Below, piece by piece: positions 1 to 8,226 of a stretch of DNA of 24,656 nt; position 1 is the stretch's first letter, and every line of letters starts with the position of its first letter. The position numbers and the translations under genes were made by a program. The stretch lies in assembly GCA_964607255.1 (NCBI GenBank), contig CAZSJV010000002.1, forward strand, positions 1-24,656, given 5' to 3'. The notes under the pieces were generated by a model, which was given only the letters and a program-made list of their open reading frames with translations, had not been told where the DNA came from and did no database searches. Source of the DNA: Candidatus Woesearchaeota archaeon (GTDB lineage Archaea > Nanobdellota > Nanobdellia > SCGC-AAA011-G17 > GW2011-AR20).

Positions 1-888
1 TCAAGCGGAATGTATCTTTATAAATTAAGCACAGAAAATGGGGGTATTAAAACAGGTGCATTTACTACAGTTAAAGGAAGCAATACAGTTAACTTTAAAG
101 AAAGCTCAAAAAGTTTTAGTAAAAATAATAAAAGTTCTAGTAGATTAAGCAAATTAGAAAACATTGCTGGTAATTTTAAAATAAGGGATGAAGAAATTAC
201 AAGTGCGGATTCTGTAACAAACTTAGGAGACTATTTTGATATTGAAGCTGATTATTCAAGTCTAGATGAAATTCCAAGCGTAATTAAAATGATTCCTGTT
301 TTGCCTTTTGATTCACCTTATTACAGAAATATTTTGCATTTTATCAAATATATGACTTCCAACGATGGTACGGGTGTAGATACAAAATTAGGACGTTTTG
401 GAATACCAATAAAAGCATTTAGAGATTCTGCAAGTGCTCCGAATCAAACTTACATAGCTGCATTTGATTCAGCAACTTCAAGTAATCACGATAATTCTTG
501 GGAAAGCATGACATCATTTGAGCATAAAGGAATTAATTTGCCAAAAATGAATTTATTTGAAGAGGTTACTGCAAATCCAGATACAGGAATTGCAATGGAT
601 TATACAACTAATTTTAGCCATGTCATTTTTAATAAATGGGATTTTTCAAATGGAACACCTTTACACGCATTTGTTTATGTAAATAATAATACGAACGTCG
701 AACCCGTAATAATTCTTGAAACAAAACACGAAATTGGACATACTTTATTCGGAAGTTCTGGGCATAGTTTAGATCCTAATCATAATATTAATGGCGCTCA
801 ATATATTTCAAAAGATGAAAGTAAATCTATTAGAATAATCCATTCTTTACCAAATTTACAAAATATGGATATTTACAAAGAAGATTAA
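1..888 (+). CDS. Putative zinc metalloprotease (metzincin/matrixin-like C-terminal domain), probably 5'-truncated by the window edge
   Basis: Frame is open from base 1 (TCA AGC GGA ATG). HEIGHTLFGSSGH at 727-765 resembles HExxHxxGxxH, followed by an SLDP segment and a C-terminal helix (SKDESKSIRIIH) as in matrixin-like domains. Confidence 0.55.
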   Translation, partial: SSGMYLYKLSTENGGIKTGAFTTVKGSNTVNFKESSKSFSKNNKSSSRLSKLENIAGNFKIRDEEITSADSVTNLGDYFDIEADYSSLDEIPSVIKMIPVLPFDSPYYRNILHFIKYMTSNDGTGVDTKLGRFGIPIKAFRDSASAPNQTYIAAFDSATSSNHDNSWESMTSFEHKGINLPKMNLFEEVTANPDTGIAMDYTTNFSHVIFNKWDFSNGTPLHAFVYVNNNTNVEPVIILETKHEIGHTLFGSSGHSLDPNHNINGAQYISKDESKSIRIIHSLPNLQNMDIYKED

Positions 889-1006
889 AAAGATTAATGA
901 CAACAAAATAAAAGAGATTAGAGATGAAATTAGAGGATTAGAGAATTTAATCTCCTTAAAAAATTAAAATCGTTACATTTAAATTATAATAAAATACTAA
1001 ATTTTG

Positions 1007-1627
1007 ATGAAAGAGAGAATTTTATTAATAATTTTGTTATTGGTTTTCATTGGTGGTTGTAATAAAGATAAAATAAATGATTTTGATGGAAGATATATAA
1101 CAATCGCAATTCCAGAGCCGAATGAAATAGAGCAATTTACAGGTCCGATTCAGAATTACAGCATTGCTACATTAACAGCAGAGGATTTTCAGAAAATTTT
1201 TTTAGCTTCAGATTCACCAAAAGGCTTTGAATTTATTATTTATGCAAAATACATATTAAAAGAAAATGATAATTCAACTATTAACATTCGCATAACTAGA
1301 TATGATGATGAAGAAAACATAACTGAAAACATAGAAAATATATTTGCTTTATCTTCTAATAATATAAAAAACACCGGGCATAAGATAGATATTGTAAATG
1401 AATTTAATTTCATTGATTATAGTGCCGATTCTGTTAGAGCATTTTATCACAAAGGTTGGTTTTATAAGGAGGAAAGTGATTTTTTTATAATCAGCTCTAT
1501 TTTCGTTAAAGAGGGCAGTTATGTTATTGAGGTAAGCGAGCGTCTTAATCCTAACATGAAAAGTATTGGTCAAGAAAATTTGGAAAAGATTGCTGAATTT
1601 ATTTTATTAGAAAATAGTTTTTCTTAA
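1007..1627 (+). CDS. Putative lipoprotein, function unknown
   Basis: N-terminus MKERILLIILLLVFIGGC: basic residues, hydrophobic core, lipobox-like GGC. The ATG at 1007 follows the TTG used by the ORF track. Confidence 0.65.
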   Translation: MKERILLIILLLVFIGGCNKDKINDFDGRYITIAIPEPNEIEQFTGPIQNYSIATLTAEDFQKIFLASDSPKGFEFIIYAKYILKENDNSTINIRITRYDDEENITENIENIFALSSNNIKNTGHKIDIVNEFNFIDYSADSVRAFYHKGWFYKEESDFFIISSIFVKEGSYVIEVSERLNPNMKSIGQENLEKIAEFILLENSFS

Positions 1628-1669
1628 TGATTATCTCTTCATTCAACTTTGTTGTCATTATAATCGCTC

Positions 1670-2452
1670 TTAACACTGCCCGTTTATTATTTCATCTACT
1701 GTACAAGTTTTAAGATTTATATCTTGATAAGCCCCATATTCTTTATTACTGTAAGTAGAAACATAACAACATGCTTGGGCATTACTAAATCTAAAACAAT
1801 CTGGTTCGTCCGCATCTATGGCGTCTATCCAATAAGGATCATTTTGACTTATAGGATTCCTCCATTTATTACCACATAAAGAACCAGGATCTGCATCAGA
1901 GCTTCCAAAGTTCCCGGTATAACATATAGCAAATGCCGGTTTGCACGTTCCCGTAGGAAAATCCCATGTAAATCCAACAGGACAAACAGTTGCTTTACAG
2001 CATACTTTATTAGAATAACCATTTGCACCACAATCTGAAACATGTGCATCGTCTGTTGAAGATAAAGTAATTATACATTGTTCACCAGCATCACAAGTTG
2101 GTTTTAAATTACATTCGATATATCCGGGTGCATCATTTGCTAAAGATATGCATATTGACATTGGATAAGTTGTAGTCGGAATAGTTGAAACATGACCTTC
2201 TGCATTTGATGAAAGATTAAACAATTGAGCCTTAACATTTGCAGAACAACTGTTTGAAATTTCAGATGTACAGCAAAGTTTTTTTGGCCAAGTTGGATCT
2301 ATAGTTGAAACGTGGCTATCTGTATCATAATATGTATAAAAAATAAGATTTTCTCCGCTTAAACAAGAATTTCTAATAGTACAATCAAAAGCATCCACGT
2401 CAACAAAATAAAATAATAAGAATAGTATAATTAATAAAAATAATTTTTTCAT
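1670..2452 (-). CDS. Secreted cysteine-rich repeat protein (21 Cys), putative surface/adhesion protein
   Basis: Signal peptide MKKLFLLIILFLLFYFVDVDA; three imperfect repeats centred on [SGA]HVS[TD]; GAGGT RBS upstream of the ATG. Confidence 0.75.
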   Translation of the reverse strand: MKKLFLLIILFLLFYFVDVDAFDCTIRNSCLSGENLIFYTYYDTDSHVSTIDPTWPKKLCCTSEISNSCSANVKAQLFNLSSNAEGHVSTIPTTTYPMSICISLANDAPGYIECNLKPTCDAGEQCIITLSSTDDAHVSDCGANGYSNKVCCKATVCPVGFTWDFPTGTCKPAFAICYTGNFGSSDADPGSLCGNKWRNPISQNDPYWIDAIDADEPDCFRFSNAQACCYVSTYSNKEYGAYQDINLKTCTVDEIINGQC

Positions 2453-2508
2453 TTTACCTCTTTTTATTAGAATTAAAAAGAATTGCTTAATATAAAAACC
2501 TTACTAAA
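2450..2508 (-). promoter_or_regulatory. Promoter plus RBS block, copy 1 (TTTAGTAAGGTTTTTATATT ... AATAAAAAGAGGTAAAATG)
   Basis: TATA-like TTTTTATA about 40 nt upstream of the ATG; 20-bp and 19-bp blocks identical to those at 3257-3276 and 3219-3237. Confidence 0.65.
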
Positions 2509-2534
2509 TATGTAATAAAAAAATCAATTAAAAA

Positions 2535-3221
2535 TTACCTATAGTAAGATTGGGCGGACACACATCGTTCTCCTGATTTATCTTTAACAGGTCCGGAATC
2601 ATAGATTTTTGGACCAAAAGCAGCATAACATGCTTCTATACAACCACTATAAGTCCCTACTTCGGTAGTATCACAATTTTGTTGAATAGAAAATAAGGTA
2701 CTTGTTCCTTCCAATGAAATCTGTATTGTATCATAAAAACCACAACGACAAAAACTAAATGCTGCAACTTCTTCATCACTATCCTTTAATTCATCTATCT
2801 GATTATTACAATTAATATCTTTTTGAGAGGTGCTTACATATGTACTGCTTGGATGCTCGTACCACCCAAGATTATCGGGATTATCATTACAATCATTCCC
2901 CCCATAAGTTACATCTATATAAAGATCTTCATCATCATCCCACTCGGTCGTAGTTCCCCCGCCCGTAGGCCATGCTGTTCTTAAAACTCCTCCAAGATTT
3001 ATACCTTTTCCAGAAGAAATTATCAGATTATCTCTTATAGCAATTGTATCTGTAGAAGATTTACTTTCAATAGCACTAGTCCATAATGTATCATGACTCG
3101 GAGGATTTCCAGCATTTTGCCATTCAGTTAAAGCACCGAACACCACACTAACCCCAATAATTAATAATAATATTATAAAAATAGACAAATGCTTTTTTTG
3201 AATATTTAAAATAATCTTCAT
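2535..3221 (-). CDS. Secreted or membrane-anchored Cys-containing protein with LGGVLRTAWP motif and a MopE-like putative metal-binding motif; putative adhesin
   Basis: Start re-assigned to ATG 3221 (AAGAGGTAAA RBS; removes overlap with the + strand gene). Hydrophobic N-terminal segment, then DDDEDLY...GGNDCND...DINCNNQIDE. Confidence 0.7.
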   Translation of the reverse strand: MKIILNIQKKHLSIFIILLLIIGVSVVFGALTEWQNAGNPPSHDTLWTSAIESKSSTDTIAIRDNLIISSGKGINLGGVLRTAWPTGGGTTTEWDDDEDLYIDVTYGGNDCNDNPDNLGWYEHPSSTYVSTSQKDINCNNQIDELKDSDEEVAAFSFCRCGFYDTIQISLEGTSTLFSIQQNCDTTEVGTYSGCIEACYAAFGPKIYDSGPVKDKSGERCVSAQSYYR

Positions 3222-3276
3222 TTTACCTCTTTTTATTGAAATTATGATTATTAACCAATATAAAAACCTTACTAAA
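3219..3276 (-). promoter_or_regulatory. Promoter plus RBS block, copy 2
   Basis: Identical 19-bp (3219-3237) and 20-bp (3257-3276) blocks to 2450-2468 and 2489-2508, with a different 19-nt spacer. Confidence 0.65.
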
Positions 3277-3312
3277 AGAAAACCTTTTATAGTATCTTCA
3301 TTAATTAATATT

Positions 3313-3849
3313 ATGCCAGTAAATATTACCACAGCTGTCGATTCCTTGGTAGAATTGGTCAATAATAAAAAAAGAATTAGCTTAGAAGAGGTTGCAAAAG
3401 AATTAGGATTGCCCGAAAACATAATAAATGAATGGGCTCAGTTTTTAGAGGAAGAGAATATTTTAACTGTAGAATACCAGTTTACCACTCCATTCTTAGT
3501 TATAAAATCCAGGGGTGCTAGTGAAGAAGATTTCAGCAGAGATATAGAAATTTTAATTAGGGAATTGGAGATAATGAAAGCATATCTGAATAAAATACAG
3601 ATAAAACATGATTTAAAGATTACAAATGTAAATGACATAAGAAAATTAGTAAGAAAAAATGTAAAACTAGATAAGAATGTTTTGTTCGCCCAGAAATTTG
3701 TTTTGGAATATCAAATAGATGCGTTATTAAAAAAAATAGAAAAACTGAAATCTCGTAAAAGAAGCGATTTTGATAGAATAGATGCGCAATATAATATTAT
3801 TAAAAAAAGAAAGCAGATATTTGATAAAAATTTAATTAAACTTAAATAA
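3313..3849 (+). CDS. Winged-helix plus coiled-coil protein leading the type IV pilus operon
   Basis: ISLEEVAKELGLPENIINEWAQFLEEENIL is HTH-like. Start at ATG 3313 (MPVNITTAVD) lies downstream of a TTTTATA box; C-terminal half is Lys/Glu-rich and helical. Confidence 0.65.
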   Translation: MPVNITTAVDSLVELVNNKKRISLEEVAKELGLPENIINEWAQFLEEENILTVEYQFTTPFLVIKSRGASEEDFSRDIEILIRELEIMKAYLNKIQIKHDLKITNVNDIRKLVRKNVKLDKNVLFAQKFVLEYQIDALLKKIEKLKSRKRSDFDRIDAQYNIIKKRKQIFDKNLIKLK

Positions 3850-3877
3850 AAAGAGGTGATAGCTTTTAGCTGCTAGT

Positions 3878-5335
3878 ATGGTTGTAAAAGAGACATACAG
3901 CTTTTACTCTGAAAATATTCCAATAACTGTAACTATTGAGAGTGTAAAGGATGAATTTGTTTTGGTTTATAATGTAAGCATCGCCAAGATTAGTTCTACT
4001 ACAGAGATTATTCTAGATAAGATTAAGGATGAATTAGCCAGCAGTGTTAGATTAGGAATCAGCGATATAAGCGACTTAAAAAAATCAGAACTCGTAAGAA
4101 AAAGATTTGAGGAAACTGTTGTTTATTTATTAAAAAAATACCTTCCTAGCATTGATGAAAACGTAAAAAGATTTCTTACCACATATATAATGCATAAATC
4201 CCTCGGGCTGGGAAAAATCGAATTATTATTGGACGATAAAAATCTTGAAGAGGTTGTAATAAACAATGCAGAAGATCCGGTATGGGTATATCATAATAAA
4301 TATGGATGGCTTAAAACAAATATTAAACTAGAAAACGAAGAACAAATCAAACATTATTCTGCTTTAATCGGAAGAAGGGCCGGAAGGAGTATTTCTTTGC
4401 TAACTCCTTTATTAGATGCCCAGCTGGAAACAGGAGACAGAGTAAATGCAACCTTAAATCCTATTTCTATAAAAGGAAACACAATAACATTAAGAAAATT
4501 CTCCACAAAGCCGATAACTATAACAGATATGATAAACCAAAAAACAATCTCCATATCAGCTTCTTCATTAATCTGGCTGGGGATAGAATACGAATTAAGT
4601 GCCTTGATAACTGGGGGAACAGCAACAGGAAAAACAAGTGCATTGTCTGCCTTTTGTAGTTTTTTTCAGCCCAACCAAAGAATAATTTCAGTAGAGGATA
4701 CAGCTGAAATAAGGCTGCCAAAATATCTTCAATGGATTCCTATGCTTACAAGACTGCCAAATGTCGAGGGCAAGGGAGAGGTTACATTGCTTGATTTGAT
4801 TGTAAATTCATTAAGAATGAGGCCAGACAGAATAGTTGTAGGAGAAATAAGAAGGCAGAGAGAAGCAGAAACATTGTTTGAGGCAATTCATACGGGACAT
4901 TCGGTATATGCTACATTGCACGCAAATGATGTAAATGAAACTGTAAATAGAATTACAAATCCGCCTATAAATGTTCCAAAGAATTTACTTCCTGCAATTT
5001 CAATGATTATTGTCATGTACAGAAACAGAAGAACAGGAATCAGAAGAATATTCCAAATCGCTGAAATATTAAACAATGCAGAGCCGAATATATTACTGCA
5101 GCTGGACTTAAGGCAGGACAAAACACTTACTGTAAACAGATCCTTAAAATTAATGCAGGAATTAGAACTTACAACCGCACTAACAACGCAGGAAATAAAT
5201 GATAATCTGCGTGAAAAAAGCTTGGTTCTTAATTGGCTTGCGAAGAAAAACATAAGTGAGGTTAATGATATAGGAAAAGTAATTGCTACATATTACACAA
5301 ACAAAAATGCCCTACTTCAACTTATTAAAAAATGA
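3878..5335 (+). CDS. Type IV pilus assembly ATPase (archaeal PilB/VirB11/CpaF family)
   Basis: Walker A GGTATGKT, Asp box VEDTAEI, LRMRPDRIVVGEIR (Walker B), His box HTGH...TLHAN. Confidence 0.95.
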   Translation: MVVKETYSFYSENIPITVTIESVKDEFVLVYNVSIAKISSTTEIILDKIKDELASSVRLGISDISDLKKSELVRKRFEETVVYLLKKYLPSIDENVKRFLTTYIMHKSLGLGKIELLLDDKNLEEVVINNAEDPVWVYHNKYGWLKTNIKLENEEQIKHYSALIGRRAGRSISLLTPLLDAQLETGDRVNATLNPISIKGNTITLRKFSTKPITITDMINQKTISISASSLIWLGIEYELSALITGGTATGKTSALSAFCSFFQPNQRIISVEDTAEIRLPKYLQWIPMLTRLPNVEGKGEVTLLDLIVNSLRMRPDRIVVGEIRRQREAETLFEAIHTGHSVYATLHANDVNETVNRITNPPINVPKNLLPAISMIIVMYRNRRTGIRRIFQIAEILNNAEPNILLQLDLRQDKTLTVNRSLKLMQELELTTALTTQEINDNLREKSLVLNWLAKKNISEVNDIGKVIATYYTNKNALLQLIKK

Positions 5336-6129
5336 TTCCTTCAATAGCAAAAAGATTTCCCTATTTGAAAACTGAATTAGCCCAGGCAGAAATAAACCTT
5401 ACGCCAGAAGACTACATAAGAAAAATTTTAATCACAGATGTAATTGTAAGCATAACATTAACATTATCTTTATTCTTGGTTTTTTTCAAGCTGGATATTA
5501 ATTTATTATATTTAATTATAACATTTCCAGTGCTTTTCGCTGGTATGTTTGTCTTCTTTATTCATTCGCCACAAGCCAAATCGAAAAAAGTAGTAAGGGA
5601 AATCGATTATGAAATTGTATACGCTGGAAGATTTTTATTAATAGAGCTTAGTGCAGGTGTTCCATTGTTTGATTCCATAAAAAATGTCTCAAATGCTTAT
5701 CCAAGAATAGGAAAATATTTTAAAAAAATCGCCGAGAAAGTTGAAACAGGAAAGCCAATAGAGCAGGCATTAAACGAGGTAATCAATCTTACACCGAGTG
5801 ATAATTTCAGGAAAGTTTTGTTTCAGATTCTTAATTCGATGAAAACGGGGGGAGATGTTGCAAGAGCATTAGAGGGAATAACAGAACAGATTTCAAAGGA
5901 GCAGCTGATTAGAATAAAGGAATATGGTAAAAAATTGAATCCCTTGGTTTTGTTTTATTTATTAATTGCTGTTATAATGCCTAGTTTGGGAATAGCCATT
6001 TTATCCTTGATGTCAACGTTTACAGGATTAACATTGTCTTTGGCTAATTTAATTGCTATAAGCTTTGTTATTGGTTTATTGCAGTTTGTATTTTTATCAT
6101 TAATAACTAGCTTGAGGAAAGGGGTATGA
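5332..6129 (+). CDS. Type IV pilus membrane platform protein (T2SSF/TadC, archaeal PilC-like) 1
   Basis: Multiple TM segments; ELSAGVPLFDSI and SMKTGGDVARAL motifs typical of T2SSF domains; ATGA overlap with the ATPase. Confidence 0.9.
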   Translation: MIPSIAKRFPYLKTELAQAEINLTPEDYIRKILITDVIVSITLTLSLFLVFFKLDINLLYLIITFPVLFAGMFVFFIHSPQAKSKKVVREIDYEIVYAGRFLLIELSAGVPLFDSIKNVSNAYPRIGKYFKKIAEKVETGKPIEQALNEVINLTPSDNFRKVLFQILNSMKTGGDVARALEGITEQISKEQLIRIKEYGKKLNPLVLFYLLIAVIMPSLGIAILSLMSTFTGLTLSLANLIAISFVIGLLQFVFLSLITSLRKGV

Positions 6130-7133
6130 GAAAATTTAGCATAATTCCGGATGTTATAAGCAGAAAAATAGATGAAGAATTAGCTAAAGCGGACATTAAA
6201 AAAAGCGCGAGTAGTTTGTTCAGCCAATCCTTGATAATATCTGTAATATTGAGTGTAATTATTTTATTAGTATTTTTCAGAAATAATTTAAGAATCGCTG
6301 CTAATTTCACAGATGCGTTAATACAGTACTATCTTCTTTCATTATCAATAGCAATTGCAATTTTATTCTTCTATAATTATTCAATAATATCATTAAGAAA
6401 AATAAAAAGAAAAAAGGAAATCGAGCTTGTATTAGCAGACTATTTGCAGTTGGTTGCATCTAACTTAACAGCAGGTATGCCAATTGATCAGGCAATGTGG
6501 TATGCAGTAAGAGAACGTTTTGGTGTTTTAGCGGAAGAGATAGAAATTGTTGCAAGAAAAGTCACTGGAGGAATTGATTTAGAAGAGGCATTGCTGGAAT
6601 TTACAAATAAATATGATTCTCAGTTATTAAAAAGATCCTTCGCATTATTAATTGAAGGCTTAAAATCTGGCGGAGAACTCTCGGATTTAGTAAGCAAGAT
6701 TTCATGGGATATCAAGGAATCACAAATTCTAGAGAAAGAAATTTTAGCGGAAGTTACAACCTATGTAATATTTATCATAATCGCCTCGGTAATTATAGCT
6801 CCTTTGCTTTATGCGCTCTCTCATAGAATTATTATAATCATGTCTCAGGTATTAGGAAAGATTGACTTTGGAAATTTTGCGGGTGTAAGCAGTACATTGC
6901 CGTTAAGATTTACAGGAAATAATATAATGTCGCCGGATGATTTTAGAATATTTATATATATCAATTTGACAATAACCTCAGTTTTAGCTGCAATGATAGT
7001 TTCAACAATCAAAAAAGGGAGCATAAAAGCCGGGTTAAAATTAATCCCTATTTTTTTATCTATAAGCATAATCTTGCATTTATTAATCTCGATATTGTTA
7101 AGCAGTTTATTAAAAGACGTTATAATAGTATAG
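6126..7133 (+). CDS. Type IV pilus membrane platform protein (T2SSF/TadC, archaeal PilC-like) 2
   Basis: NLTAGMPIDQAM and GLKSGGELSDLV motifs, several TM helices, ATGA overlap with the upstream gene. Confidence 0.9.
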   Translation: MRKFSIIPDVISRKIDEELAKADIKKSASSLFSQSLIISVILSVIILLVFFRNNLRIAANFTDALIQYYLLSLSIAIAILFFYNYSIISLRKIKRKKEIELVLADYLQLVASNLTAGMPIDQAMWYAVRERFGVLAEEIEIVARKVTGGIDLEEALLEFTNKYDSQLLKRSFALLIEGLKSGGELSDLVSKISWDIKESQILEKEILAEVTTYVIFIIIASVIIAPLLYALSHRIIIIMSQVLGKIDFGNFAGVSSTLPLRFTGNNIMSPDDFRIFIYINLTITSVLAAMIVSTIKKGSIKAGLKLIPIFLSISIILHLLISILLSSLLKDVIIV

Positions 7134-7183
7134 CAAGGTTTATTAATTTAAAAATTTTAAAGTTATAATAAAAAGGTGATATT

Positions 7184-7636
7184 GTGAACAAAAAGACCCA
7201 GGTAGCAATGGAATTCTTAATGACATATGGGTGGGCTATTCTGGTTATTTTAATTGTAATTGCTGTAATAATCTCAACAGGTATATTTAATCCTAAAATT
7301 CCAAATACCTGCGCATCTATTTCTCCGGTTACATGTTATGACGTAAAGTTAGATACTAGTGGAACTATTTTTTTTACTTTAACCAGCAGCGATACAGAAA
7401 GTGCACTTATTAATCAAGTAACACTAAATAACCCTAGTATTATTCCCGGTACTTGTACGGTGCAGACAAATAATATACAAAATGATATAATCCAGACTTT
7501 TAGTTGCGATCTTTTAGGCACAGGAACCTTACAGGAAGGAATTAGATTCGATGCAACCGTCTCTATAACCTACATATTATTGGGGGGAACAAATTCTCAT
7601 GATATTTCTATAAAACTATCTGGGACAACAGAATAA
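7184..7636 (+). CDS. Archaeal type IV pilin 1 (class III signal peptide)
   Basis: KKTQ-VAMEFLMTYGWAIL with Glu at +5; GTG start after an AGGTGA RBS; conserved Cys pair and C-terminal SH...SG..E. Confidence 0.85.
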   Translation: MNKKTQVAMEFLMTYGWAILVILIVIAVIISTGIFNPKIPNTCASISPVTCYDVKLDTSGTIFFTLTSSDTESALINQVTLNNPSIIPGTCTVQTNNIQNDIIQTFSCDLLGTGTLQEGIRFDATVSITYILLGGTNSHDISIKLSGTTE

Positions 7637-7706
7637 AAACAATATCTTTATATATGACTTAATATACCTTTAATAAAACTAATAGTATTAAAATTATAAG
7701 GAGAGA

Positions 7707-7884
7707 GGTGATATTTAATGGGTAATAAAAAAGCTCAAGCAGCTATGGAATTCTTGATGACATATGGGTGGGCTATCTTGATTGTATTGATAGCATTAGC
7801 AGCTTTATTCTTCTTGGGAGTATTCAATCCTAGAACAACAAATACATGCTTGGTTTCAGCTCCATTTACATGTACAGATGTAAA
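7707..7884 (+). repeat. 178-bp perfect direct repeat, copy 1 (RBS plus first 56 codons of pilin 2)
   Basis: Base-by-base comparison shows 100% identity to 8227-8404 (offset 520). Confidence 0.95.
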
Positions 7885-8158
7885 ATTAACAGGAACAACA
7901 TTGGATTTATATTTAGGAGCTTCTGGAACATTCCAGTCGGGACCGAGTATAGGACCAGCTAGTGCTACTGTAAATGGTGTGGCTACGACAGCTGGTGGTG
8001 GAACAATAAGTACAACTTCACCAGGGGTATTAACGTTTACAACTGCATCTTCATTAACCCAGGGATCAAAATTCTCAGGTAATGCAGAAATAAACTATAC
8101 ATTATCCAGTGGAGCTTCACACACTACAGACGTACAGTTCTCAGGTGTTGTAGAATAA
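7718..8158 (+). CDS. Archaeal type IV pilin 2 (class III signal peptide)
   Basis: KKA/QAAMEFLMTYGWAIL with Glu at +5; hydrophobic helix; Gly/Thr/Ser-rich globular part; GGTGA RBS. Confidence 0.9.
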   Translation: MGNKKAQAAMEFLMTYGWAILIVLIALAALFFLGVFNPRTTNTCLVSAPFTCTDVKLTGTTLDLYLGASGTFQSGPSIGPASATVNGVATTAGGGTISTTSPGVLTFTTASSLTQGSKFSGNAEINYTLSSGASHTTDVQFSGVVE

Positions 8159-8160
8159 GC

Positions 8161-8182
8161 TTTTTCTTTTTTTCTTTTTTTT
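8161..8182 (+). terminator. Oligo-T tract, putative archaeal intrinsic terminator after pilin 2
   Basis: TTTTTCTTTTTTTCTTTTTTTT directly after the stop, followed by a new TTTATATA box. Confidence 0.55.
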
Positions 8183-8226
8183 AAAAACATTTATATATCA
8201 ATAAATTTAAAATTTGATAGTAAAAC

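Noticed and set aside
839-970. Frame-2 stretch after the protease stop reading like a coiled coil (KINDNKIKEIRDEIRGLENL), with repeated TTAGAG words
   Set aside because: No start codon or clear slippery site, and the protease already ends in a plausible terminal helix; a frameshift cannot be supported.
3222-3422. N-terminal extension of the 2535..3422 ORF and the ATG 3244 start of the + strand ORF
   Set aside because: The two extensions overlap each other and cover the promoter region; better starts with RBS/TATA context exist at 3221 (-) and 3313 (+).
3878-7133. Archaellum (FlaI/FlaJ) interpretation
   Set aside because: No FlaH/FlaF/FlaG or archaellin-type sequences; two separate T2SSF genes and short pilins fit an adhesive type IV pilus.
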